The notes beneath the pieces were generated by a model. That model saw only the letters and a program-made list of their open reading frames with translations. It had not been told where the DNA came from and searched no databases. The position numbers and the translations under genes were made by a program. Source: Phoronis australis (lineage: Eukaryota > Animalia > Phoronida). Taken from it: 64,000 bases of DNA. The DNA lies in contig NMRA01000017.1 in NCBI GenBank assembly GCA_002633005.1, positions 12,463 through 76,462 of the forward strand, in the 5' to 3' direction. Numbering within the stretch: the first letter of the stretch is position 1; each line of letters opens with the position of its first letter. Positions 49,463 to 61,547 of this stretch are shown piece after piece.

Positions 49463-52408
49463 AGATTTTGAAAGGACTTTTTAAGTTCTCGTCCAAACTT
49501 TTGAGGGTTGTCAAGGGTTACAGAGCATTATTGAGAAAACTGGATGGGAAAGTTGTTTTCTATATCTGTTAATAGGCCAAAATCGGGTTTCGGGTATCCT
49601 TTCAAGAGAAACCTAGCTGCTACGGTCTCCTGTAATACGGGGTAATACAGAACAATGAGCCTCAACTCAAAAACATGGGAGTGAGTAACCCTATTGTGTG
49701 TATTTACTCGTTGGTCTGATCTCCGATAAGATCCGTCGTTTCCAGTCTGACTGGCCGAGGCTGAGCTGTTAATAAATAAAAGGTACGTTATAAACTGTTT
49801 AGACATCAACTTTTGGCCGGCGCAACTGACACGGAGCAAGATCGGTGTCAAGCGGCAGGTTTATACAGTAACACAGTTCACTAACTGCAGCAAGACGGAA
49901 GTTGTAGGCTGGAGAGTCGAACGCACATGCGTATGTTTATAAATGGCGGGAGTTGCAGAGACAGAGAACCCGTATGTAGTTCATTGCACGGCAAGCGCAG
50001 TAGAGATGATCCTTTCAAACTTGCCCCAGTTTCGCGTTCAGACATAAAATTGACACGAAGCAAGATGATCGAACGGGTGGCAAAAGTTGTCACCGCGGTG
50101 TAATTTGTTCCAGGTCAGTCCTGTTCACACACATTTTGCGCTAGATCACATCTCGTTCCGTGTCAGCTGATAGGTGTCAACTTTTGTAGTGCAAACGGCA
50201 CTATAAACTAATAATAATTAATATTCCGAATTCCTTAACAAATGCTGATCGTGTTTAGTCTTTTTTGAATCTCTAAAATCGCTTAACTACAACCGAGGTC
50301 TTTATAGTCCAGTCATTCTAGGGCTCCAGAGGGCCCAACCCAGAAAAAATTGCAACAGAAGGTTTTTTTTGCATAAATGACATCTTCAAACATCCCTTGG
50401 TGTCAGAAAAAAAATCTACCGAAATCAGAGTAGCAGAAGTCGGTTTTTCAAGATGGCGGAAAAAATGGCCGACAAAAACGGTGTTTACTGTTTTCTGGCA
50501 TATTACTCTTATGTAACAGCTAAAAATAAAACAATAAAGTTTGTCATTGGTTATATACTTTTCATAACAGGCATACCAATCAAAAGATGCCAATTTTCAG
50601 TAAAATAAAACCAATATGGCCGACAAGATGGCGGCCGAAACGGCAATTTGGTACATGTTGCAAGATTTCTTTTTATATTTTGCCCTGAAAATGGCAAAAG
50701 TTTTATTCTTTTGTAAGTTAGACAATTTAAAATATCTGGACATTACAATTCGTCACTGGTTTGCGAGAAAAAAATCAAGATGGCTGACAAAATGGCCGCC
50801 AAAATGGCTGCCAATTCACAAACCCCAATTTACCGCATTTACGTTCTGCAAACTTTGTTTGTAACCTGATACGCATTTACACAAAAACATTTTACAATCT
50901 ACAGTCACGGTTAATGAGTTGATTGTTTCTATAATTTGTTTTTAATATTTCGATACTAAATGTGGAATTTTAATCACATTTTAGATTATATAACATAAAA
51001 GTTGGTGTGTCTTTCAGAAAAGGCTTTAGTTAATTTTCATAATAAATTTCACAAACTCAATTATTTTTCTGAAAAATATATTCATTGAGGTATCAAAAAT
51101 AATATTTGTTAGAAAAATATGTTATTCTGCTGTAGTTAATGGCTTATTCATTACACAAACCCTTAATAAAATTGGGCAGGAAGTGGTTTTTTTTTCTCTG
51201 CTATTGGAGATATTATTAGTTGTTCCAAAGCATCGATTTCGTCTGCTGCTGGCATGTATGGAGAATTTGGGTGCTGATTTCACCTGAATTTGATGAAATG
51301 CCAATAGGATTGTGTAACAAAAAGTTATTAATTAAATTTTAATAGTTAGGACTCACCATTTGTTTAATATGCATGCTTTTTATGAACATAGGTAACTGAT
51401 TTTAGAGGAAATTAGTGCCAGCAAACAAAACGACAATGATCTGCAGTCACTTGTTCTTAGCCAGGCTTGGAAGATTTCATACTGAGATGAGCTTTCTGGG
51501 ATGTATTGGATACGTAATGTCAGGCACAGGGCTTCAAGAAGTTCTCGAGACGGTGCATGCATCAAACAGTGTGATCCTTATATTTAATGGAAAAAGTGTG
51601 GATAGAGCACTGAGGGGGCATATGTTGGTAGACTCAGCACTTAATGCTATAAAAGCCAGAACATTCAAAACCCAACTTCCAAATATTGACAGATCAAAAA
51701 ACGCAAATCCAAAACCAATGAAGAAAGAAATTCAGGTTCTTCAAAAATTCCAGGAGTCCAGAATGTCACGAAAACAGAACACACAGATTCCATGCCAAGA
51801 GGTGGAGCAGTTCAATGTTTGTACAAAAAATTTGGCCCGTCAGAATATGGAGACAGATTCTTCAGACATCCCAGACATTCCAACTGATCACATAACTAGC
51901 CATTTTCTTCCGATTCTGAACCTTGGATTACAGTGGAATGCCCTCACGAGAGTTCACTTCTGGCTTCCGACCTACTGCCATTGGTATATTCAAACAAGAC
52001 TGAATCAGATTATATCTTCAGAATTCGCAGTGACAGAGAATAGTTCGTCAGAAGAATCAATGGCCAGTGATATTCTTCATGATGATTTGAGAGCTGATCT
52101 GAAGCGGTATGATGATCTTATTGCTGGCATGACGTTTGTGTGTGACGATGTATGCTCATCGGAGTGTCTTGTGCGTATCCATAAAAAATGGAAGCACATA
52201 AATCAGACTTGAGCTTGCAAAGTCCAATCATTAGTCTTTGGCTACATTATATGAAGCAGAAATAATGTCAGATTGGGAGCTTCACCTAAAAGCAGTTTCT
52301 GAAATGTTGCCTTACTTTGCAACTGCTGGTCACAACTGACTTAATGCAAAATCTTCATACATACAGTATACTTGCAGCAGACATAGCAACTCAAAGACAC
52401 CAGTCCAG

Positions 52409-52809
52409 GGCCCGGTCTCTAATCTTTGTACTCGAAATGAACTTGAAACTATTTTTGGCAATTTCTCTGCTGCTTTTGTGCGAACTTAAGATAATTGGTT
52501 ATCAGACTGTGCTCGAATACATTATAGTTTATGCATAGGAGTTTCTATTTCAAGTTTTCCCTTGAAGACCCTTATATCCGTGCTACAAACTCGAGTAAAA
52601 ACTCTAAATTTCGAGTCCAAACTCGAACTTATTCCTTTAATATTGGGTTTACAAGCTGTGAACTAAGGGCAATAAATTATCTACGTAAGTTATTGTGTAC
52701 TCGAGCATAGAGTTATAGACACTTATCTTGAGGTCGCCCAAAAGTAGAGTAGAAAATGCCAAATCTAATTTCGAGTTCCATTTCGAGTAAAAAGATTGGA
52801 GACTGGGCC
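52409..52809. mobile_element. Harbinger/PIF-type MITE nested in the Academ ORF
   Basis: TIR GGCCC(G/A)GTCTC(T/C)AATCTTT(G/T)TACTCGAAATG; 3-bp TSD CAG at 52406-52408 and 52810-52812; excision restores LKDTSPDVYGQHTIRQSDRFW. Confidence 0.88.
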
Positions 52810-55068
52810 CAGATGTCTACGGCCAACACACCATAAGACAAAGTGACAGATTCTGGGCAGGCTTGTCATAATGAGATATGATCTGACTTGTAATTGAACA
52901 AACGCTCATGAAAAGTATTAAAACAACAGGTTTAACTAGAGGTTGCGAAATGGGAGATATACAGAGTGCACCATGGCTGCTTTCCTTGCCGGAACGCTCA
53001 AGTATAAATGGTGCCATGCAGACTGTGACAAACTTGAGTTGTGAAACAAGTAAGCAGCATAAAGAATATACCCAGGCAAGACAGTTGCGTGACGGCAAAG
53101 ACATCCGCAGCCTTGTAAAATTCCTCCACAACAGTAACCCATTTTAAAGAGATACATTACAGAACATCGCCACTGGTGTGACTGCAGGCACATGCGTCAG
53201 GGCCGAAAATGCCAGAGAAGTGGGGAAAAAGGTTCACTTGTCTATGGAGGGGTCAAGTGTGAAAGACTTCACTTTCAGAAAGAAAGACAAGGTTGTGGCA
53301 ATGACAAGTCAATCAGTTCATGCTGCTAATAGTACTTTTACACAAGTGGATCCACGACTGCTATTTCAGCGAATCCTGACAGCTGCAAAACACAACAGTG
53401 AAAGTTCAGCAAGCCTTTTGAAGTTTTAGCTGTGTGTTGGTTCCCCTGCTCTTTTTGATACATCTGGTCTTCCCAGAGTCGCTAATAAATCAATATGAGC
53501 TGATGCACTCCGGGTCCAGTGGGGGACTACCTGAGCATTTCAATTTCCAGTAAACACGGTGATGCCTGTAATCGACAGCGGTTCTCTCCTTCACCGTATT
53601 CCATGGCCTAGAGGTGCAACGTTTCAGTCATTTCTTAGAGGTTATGTGGATTACATTAGCAAGTGCACCCTGCCTTAAGAGTTGTTTTTGTTGGTTACTG
53701 AGATGGACCATCAACTAAAGATGTCTCTCATGTTCGAAGACTGGGTGGGGTGGTTGGAACTGAAGTTCACTTCAATGGTGACATGGTGATCAAGTAAACA
53801 GGGAACATTTTTGGCCAAGAGCAAAAACAAACGATTCATTCACTTCTTGTAAAGTTTGCTAGGAAATGCTGGTTGCACAGTGGTACAATCTAAAGGTGAC
53901 GCAGATGTTTTAATTGTAGAAACAGCAGTAGAGAACGCAGCACAAGGTCCAACTACCCTTATTGCAGACGATACAGACTTGTTGGAACTTTTGCGTTACC
54001 ATGCTACTTCACAACAAATTCCAATGTTCATGTACTTTGATAAGAGGAACCAAAGCAAGAGGAGAGTCTGGGACATCAAGGAACTACAGTTGTCTCTTGG
54101 TGCCGAAAGTTGCGCAGTTTTGCCATTTACGCATGCAATAGGTGGTTGTAATACAACATTACAGCTGTTCGGTATCAGCAAAGGCTCTCCCATTCAAGAA
54201 ACTGCGTGATCGAGAATTCTGCAAAAACTCTAGTAAGAGTATTCACTAGACACATGCAGCTGAAGCAAGACATATTTGAAGCTGGTAGGAGTTGTATCTG
54301 TGCTTCGTGGCGGTACTGGCTCCGGAAATTTGGATGATTTGCGATACAGGCGATTTCTGGATGAGGTGTCAGACTAACCACAGTCCAAATACAGTCATTA
54401 TCACCAACTTCGGTAGCTAAATTCCATGCTGCCGGCCAGGGACATATTATCAAGAGCAAGAGCGGTAAAGTTTCCGTGGCAGTGGCCTAGACTCGCTGTA
54501 TTGGGGATGGGTGCTGGCAGGTGGAAATACATTCCCACGACGACGGACCAGTCAGCAGCACCAGAGAACCAGCTGAAAGTAGTGAGATGCTCGTGTAAGA
54601 CCAACTGCAGTTCCAAGAGATGTACTTGCAAGAAGTTAGGATTGCAGTACACGGTTGCATGTGGAGAATGCCGTGGTTTTAGTTGCAGCAATTCATTCTC
54701 AGTTGACAGAGATTAGTTGTGTAAATACTGGTTGATTGAGTATAGATTCACTAGCATTTACAACTTACTGGAAGTGACACAGACAGTGTGGATAGTATAT
54801 CACTGAATTAATTGCAGAGAGTTATTTTCAATACAGCACATTTTTTCAGGAGGAGAATGATCCTTATCAGTCCAGGCAAACCTGATGTTTTTACCCAAAT
54901 CAGTTATTCAGTAAACCATCTTGAAAATAGTCGTCCTAATCATCAAGAGCCAGACAAAAATTATTGTAATGGACGTGCTGACCTAAAAAATTCAGGATAT
55001 GGCGTGTCTCTGGAATCTGAAGTTCTTACACGAAGCAACTATTTGGTGGCCATCTTAGAAAATGATTG

Positions 55069-55686
55069 AAGTAATCAGAGCCAAACGCAATGAGTCTAAA
55101 TGGATTAGTCGACCCAGAAAACCTGTGATACAATGTTTGAAGCAAGACGCACTAATCTGTTTGTACGAAGTTGTGCGATTCAAAATAGTTTTGGAGGCCA
55201 TCTTGGAAAATGGCTGATGGTGTCACCACAGCCATGCAAAACTTTTCCAATGGATTTGTTGACCCACAAAAGATAGGTAAACCTTTTTGAATTTTTACTC
55301 TATCACATTCCACTCTCGAGTTATAATGATCATCTGCAAATCTGGAAGCCATTTTGTCTGCCATCTTGGAAATGGTGGAAGTAATCATTAGTGCCAAATG
55401 CAATGAGTCTCAATGAATTAATCGACCCAGAAAACCTATGATGCAACGTTTGAAGCAAGACGACACATTAATCTGTTCGTGCGAAGTTGTGCGACTCAAG
55501 TAGATTTGGCGGCCATCTTGGAAAATGGCGGACGGTGTCACCACAGCCATGCAAAACCACTACCAATGGATTTTTGACCCACAAAACATAGGTAAACCTT
55601 CTTGAATTTTTTCTCTATCACAATCCACTCTTGAGTTATAGTGAGCATCAGAAAATCTGGCGGCCATTTTGTCCGCCATCTTGAAA
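55069..55686. repeat. ~310-bp tandem duplication in the Academ right subterminal region
   Basis: AAGTAATCA..GCCAAA.GCAATGAGTCT...GCCATCTTG copies start at ~55069 and ~55379. Confidence 0.85.
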
Positions 55687-56838
55687 AACTAACTTCCGCC
55701 ACTCCGATTCCGGTAGACTTTTTTTTCCCACTAAGGGTTGTGAAAGGATTTGATTTATGCAATAAAACCTTCTGTTGCAATTTTTTCCGGGTTATCCGCA
55801 GAATGACTGGACTATAATTTAGGCAATCTATTCTGTCCAAACGCGCATTATGAATGCATTGAGTTTGACTGTGCGGCCGGTGATTGGGTGCAACAGCTCT
55901 TACTTTTCGTAACGTTTACACCCATGATACAGATACACCACTCTTATGTCAGATCCAATTCGTTGTTTGTTAACAGTATATGCGACTTTAATAACGATCC
56001 GCTGTAAGTCAAAGCTAAGGTCACGTGGTTCCTATATATGCTACGATTTTCCCTCTCATTTAGTTAAACTGATTACCTCAGACCGTGCAAATATGTTTTT
56101 GATGATGTGTTTTGTAAGAACGGAATATGAAATTCAAACTACTGGTTCTCACAACTGGTCATAAAGGCCATCGGTAATGATGGAAGGAGGTCGATTGTTT
56201 GAGCTTATGCAAAAAGGACCGGCTACGACCGAGCAAGCGACTTTTAAAGAAACGGTCCCCTGTGATCCGTTCCTCGGTGATACGTACGATTTTGGATAAA
56301 TCCAGAACTAGTGGTCCTCAAACGTGCACATCGAAACTTCTTTCGAAACGAGCGGGTGGAGCGACTTTTCTTCACTGAACACACCAGCTCGAGACTTCAT
56401 CTCGACTTCTCGGCGTTAACGCTTGCTGTAGTACACTCCCAAATGAAGTAAAATCAGTTCATGGAACAAGTCCCAATGCCGATAACATGCTTATTGACAA
56501 ACTGGGAGCACATGACCTCGGTTACCATCATTTATTCATTGTTAATATTGAAAGCCTGTAACTAGAGTAGTTCTGCTGGAAGCCTGTTGTCATATCGGAC
56601 AAAAAACTGGGCGCAGCAGTTAACAAAGGAGACGGGTGTCAGCCTGGTGAAGCCATTCAATGGGAGGAAACTCTAATCAGACCTGGTTTCATAACGTTCC
56701 ATCGACCCCGTTTCTTGGGAGAAAAGCCAGGTCAAGCAAGGCCACGCGAAATCGTGACTCGGGAACAAAAGGCGGTGTTTCGGTAGTATGCTCAAGAGCT
56801 TACCAGCGTAATCTTGCAAAATAGCAGCTACTGCACAT

Positions 56839-56990
56839 TGTTCGGTGTGGTTGGATGATGAATTGTGGGATAGAACTGAACTGTGTTCGGTGTGGTTGGA
56901 AAGGTCAATTATTTCATAGAACTGTACACTGTTCAGTGTACGTGTGGTTGGAATGGTGAATTGTGGGATAGAAAGAAGTGCACTGTTCGC
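56839..56990. repeat. Imperfect ~45-55 bp tandem repeat x3
   Basis: GTGTGGTTGGA...ATAGAA recurs three times. Confidence 0.6.
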
Positions 56991-58779
56991 CACAAGGCTA
57001 GTGTATTGCGCCGATGGAACGGAGCCATTGCCTCATATTCGAGGTCATATGCATTTTGGCGTTAACATTTTGTTGTGTACAAGCCACCTCGCTGAACTCC
57101 TCAATCTGCATAAGTCGTCACTTTTTCTTGTTCTCGTTTACGCGCCCATATATTTACAAGTAAAAGTCCGCGGTTAATACGTCGTTTTAAAGTACTCGCA
57201 CAAATATGCAATCATGCTTTGATACATGCAGACATGAGGCGAGATCGCCATACCGTCTGTTTAAAAGTCTGTGTTGTTTAATTTTATCATCAATTATCTG
57301 AACGAATTTGACTGTCTGGTACAAAATGTGTACTTGGCACCTAAAAATGTTTGCCGTGGATGTCCGTCCATTATCCTGGAAATGATTTTGCGCCAACAAA
57401 TATCCCCTAAGGTACTCTTTCACAAAAAGTGGCGTGCTCTTTCAGAAACATGTTTTTCGTATCACATTCAGTTGTGATGTCACTGGAAGCGGTTATACCA
57501 ACTTGCTTTCCCTGTGTCGGCAGTTTAGCTACTCTAAGAGTAGTACGGTAACACCGTGACTTCCGTTGACAATTCATATGGTTCTTTTTAGTTAAGCATC
57601 AAAATTGAGAAAAAATGACATTTTGCCACGTTTCACATACCTTTGTCCATTGCTATTAGCAATACTAGCAGCGAAATAAATGCATCAGTCTCCCACTGTT
57701 GCTATCGTCAACTCCGCCTTCCGCCAGGAATCGCATTATCTACAAAATGAGAAAAACGAGAAGGGTTGACAGACATGTCCATCATTTGTTTCCAGAGAGG
57801 GCGCTCTTCAGAAGCTAATGTTTGCACTCTGTAATAGTTGTCTTCTTGGATGTAAAAATTTTGAATCAACTTGATTTGGAAAATTCGTGCGTGTCAAGTT
57901 TTCTCGGACTTTTTCAAAGTATGGTAAGGCTCCCGTTCTCTAAGACAAGTTTTCAAACTCAGCCCGCCTAAAACGAGTGTCCATAGTCTGGAAAAATTCG
58001 GCATTGGTAGTAGTTGACAAATGTTCCATTTTTAATCTTAGTTTGTCAGTCTTCTATTTATGTTACGTTGGTTCTTATTATTTTGGACTGAACTCGGACG
58101 AAGGCAACTGTATAGTGCCTACCGCCTTGACAATTACCTTTAGAACAAATACCTTTGCGATTTTAAAACAACCCTGTTCAAAACAACGCAAAACATTATG
58201 ATAAAGATTTTAATTTGAGAGTTGTTGAAAGAAGATATTGCGGACATTGTTCGGCGGCTGATTTATCATATTTCGTACCAAAAACTAGCACAAACAATTG
58301 TGGCTCACGTGAGCGCTGTTTACATAAATTCATTAAATAAGCATTAGAAAGTGTTAATTGCTCCCCTTCACTATGACGGAAATGGACATTAGGCAAAATC
58401 ACAATCCGGAAAATCAGGCCTTGTCTAAGAGGAAAATCAACAAAAATCAAAGAGGCCGATTTAATTTACATTTTCACGTTTGCTTTATCGTCTGCCAAAA
58501 CAACACTTTGTGGAAAGTCAATCTTATCATTTCAATTTATTTAGTGTCCTTTGACTCAATAGATTTCAAATTTACGTTTGTTCAGGTAAGTTCTATACAC
58601 GAACGCGAAGGTAAATAAAGATGTTGTCTTCATAGCTGCGGCTGCTCTTTTGGAAGTTGGCAAAATATCTGTATTTCACTCAAATGTTGTTTACTTGCCA
58701 CTTAAGTGTACTTTGTGTGAATGATTAGTTTACTGTGTGCTACCGTGTTTCCTTCCCTTGACGACAATAATCATTGGTC

Positions 58780-58980
58780 TATTTCCAAAATCCATATAAT
58801 AATTAATTACTATTCCACCATTTACGGGTCAAGTTCGAGTATAAAATCGACAACAGGCAGTGAAAATCTCGTCTTTTTCCAAGGGCGTATCTGTCAAAAT
58901 GTTCACAGGTGTCCTTTTGCTGTCTTTTGGAGTGACGCTCACAGCGGCTTTTTCTTCGATAGATTCTTATACTGAACTGA
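58780..58980 (-). mobile_element. Possible pogo-type transposase C-terminal remnant
   Basis: A minus-strand frame reads KRTPVNILTDTPLEKDEI, similar to the ILTDTP motif; weak support. Confidence 0.25.
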
Positions 58981-60505
58981 CGTGTAAGTGTTTGCTTTTA
59001 GTTTTAATCCTGACTACTTTTACTTTTACTTTATATATAGTTGAAAAAACAAAGCTTTGTTTATGTATTATTATTATTATACGTATACTTGTAGAGCAAG
59101 TCCTGAATATTCATTGTACTACTTTTACGATGTAAGCTTTTGATTTGATGTGTTCTCGCGTTGCTTAGGGATTTGGTTTATGAAAAGTGACCAAGACTTA
59201 AGGGGAAGGAGCAAGATGAAAATTTTTTAGATTATAATTTGCGAAGTCACATGCATGACAAACAAGCCTGAGGCCAGCGTTACAGTTCACCAGCAGGTGG
59301 GCCCCTTCTGTAAATCGTAGATTCGCGTCATCTGACATTATGAACAGACGACATCTTCGATCAGTTGATGCGTGTCGGTGGTGGCTGCACCAGCAGCCCA
59401 GCTATTTACACGTTTCAGTTACCAAAAGGCCCTGTGTCAGCCAAAGAGACCGTAAGAATGATACCATTGTTGTCCAAGCAAAACATGACATTTTTCAGAG
59501 AAATTTCGGTTTCCCGATTATAGACTATCGGTGAGGTTTACAGAATTCATTGCCAAAGCAAAATATGACACTTTTCAGAAAACTTGAGCCATAAAAATTA
59601 AATTGTTGGTTCTAAAAACTCAATTTGTTTGGCAAGGAAATGAAAAAGCTTCCTTAATTTATTAAAATGTTTTTGTGTCAAAATACATATAAACTATGTC
59701 TGAAGAAACAACGACTTATTTGGTGTTTATACGCACTCCTTGACCATGTGAAATATGGAAATGATTTCTTTTCGGACATTCAGTAGGTTTCCACGCATAC
59801 AGTTCGTAACGCCATGCTGACGACTGACGCAATTTGCGCTAGACTCCTGCTATAAGGTCAGGGTTGTTGTCAAAAACACAAGATTGTCGGTAAATATTGT
59901 GAACTGGCGGCCTATAGGGTGAGTCTATACATTCCGTGGGGATAGGTACAGGCGCTATGATCCTTTTCTTCATTGTGCATTCCAGGTACCTAAGGTAACC
60001 TTTTGATTTGCAAAATTTAGAACAGGTTTTGTTCCATTTGAATATGAAGCTGAACAGGTAGTCCATTATGTTCGCACGCATGAGGTATTGAGTCTTTTTC
60101 AGGTGCAGAAAAGATTGCTAAGGTAGCCAGTGGCGAACCATTCAATGCCAAATGTGATTGTAAGGAAGACGTCAATCAACTGACTCCAACCAGGCTAATG
60201 TAAGTTGCTACAAATATTGTCTTAATGTAGGTTTGCTTCAATTTTATCACCACAGGCCACAACCCAACAAAAGTGTTACGTTTTCATCATGTGTGAGCGA
60301 CCGGTGCTCAGAATAGCGTTCCGTGCGTTGATCGACTGATCACCGGTTCGAGTTCAAATAATTTGTTTTATCTCGACCGAGCGTAAACAAGTCAACTCAA
60401 ACAAGACTCCAAACGTAATGTCTGTTCTAATGTTCTAACCAGTGCTGTGAACCATTCACTTGTGATGGTTGAGTTCTTAAGTAAGTTAAACCACAAGGAT
60501 TGTAA

Positions 60506-60568
60506 CTTCCATTTAAATAGATTTCGTCATCCTTACTGTAAGGATGACGAAATCTGTTTAGATGGAAG
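60506..60568 (+). repeat. 63-bp near-perfect palindrome/hairpin
   Basis: 31-bp arms around a single T at 60537; two mismatches, both T:G on the + strand. Confidence 0.92.
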
Positions 60569-61547
60569 CCATGACAATGAAGTGACTCGTCAAAGATGAC
60601 GCGCATACATCATGCTTCATAGAACCACTACACCTCTCCCTTACTATGAAGTTTTTCTGTAGAAACGCTTGCTATTTTCCTAGCCCTTCTTTTTCCAATT
60701 CATCACGCTGTTTTCTCTCTAGAAAAGCAAGATCTCGCGAGATTCCGCGATATAGTTAGCTTATCGTGCATCTTCAGTGGCTAGATTTTTCTGGCCGCGA
60801 GACAGTTTTTGAACACGAGTCTTCTTGGATTATGCGGGCCATTTTTATTACCCGTTGCCTTGGTAATCGCTAATATTGTTGCATTCTGGTAGGCAAACTG
60901 TGGTTCTATGATGTACTAGTCTGAACTTTTTTCTTTGGTACTGTATGGTGTAGAATCGTCCTATTACCCCCATAGCGCGGTCGAAGCAGCCCTATGCGTT
61001 TTCTCCAAATCGGCCCACGCAGATTGCGGAGTACCACACACTTGCTGTTGAGACTTACCAGCTCCTTTAGCCTGTTTACCTTGAGCAGTATGAGAAGGTG
61101 AATGCATTAATGAATCTAACTTACATCGAGTTTGAGGAGTATTGGGAAACTCATTGGGTGATTAGCAAGACACCAGTGGGCTATGCCTTCATAATTTTTT
61201 TTAAAATTTTATGGCCGCTTTTGGAGGTAACAGGTGTTGCCTTTTACGAAATTGTTGCATTTTACGGCGTGTCAGTCTATGCCCTTCGAGTCCGTTTAAC
61301 TTCAGTGCCTACACCACCCCGTTCATGTGAACACGTTTACCCGATGTGTGTATTTGCCTTCAAATGAGCGACAGACATTTTTTCAAAATCCTGGTACAAT
61401 CCGATGCTGGATTTCCAGAGAAAACAATGGTGCGTTCTGTAGACTCAAGAACCTGTGCGATTTCCCCCCATGCATAGCAAGCGAAACATATGATCACGCA
61501 CTAGCTTTACTAGCGAGATTCTTGCGTCTACAGAACGCAGACTAAGT

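Larger units (their letters stand above)
48700..49601. mobile_element. Kolobok-type MITE with TCAA TSD, hosting a Penelope insertion
   Basis: TIR AAGGATAC..AAACCC / GGGTTT..GTATCCTT; TCAA at 48696-48699 and 49602-49605. Confidence 0.8.
50305..55814 (+). mobile_element. Decayed, internally deleted Academ (XPG-nuclease type) DNA transposon
   Basis: TAGTCCAGTCATTCT...AGAATGACTGGACTA termini with ~170-bp imperfect TIRs; broken ORF 51415-54716 with RLGRFHTEMSFLGCIG, LHLKAVSEMLPYFATAGH, SDRFWAGLS..IEQTLMKSIKTTGLTRG, XPG/PIN-like GDADVLIV..DDTDLL, H3TH-like HAIGGCNTT..FGISK, and a C-terminal Cys8 finger. Confidence 0.82.

Noticed and set aside
56170-57480. Coding-like stretch with several short ORFs
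   Set aside because: Stops in all frames and no recognisable motif; cannot be assigned from sequence alone
60295-60357. B-box-like GGTTCGAGTTC suggesting a SINE or tRNA
   Set aside because: No convincing A box, cloverleaf, tail or TSD
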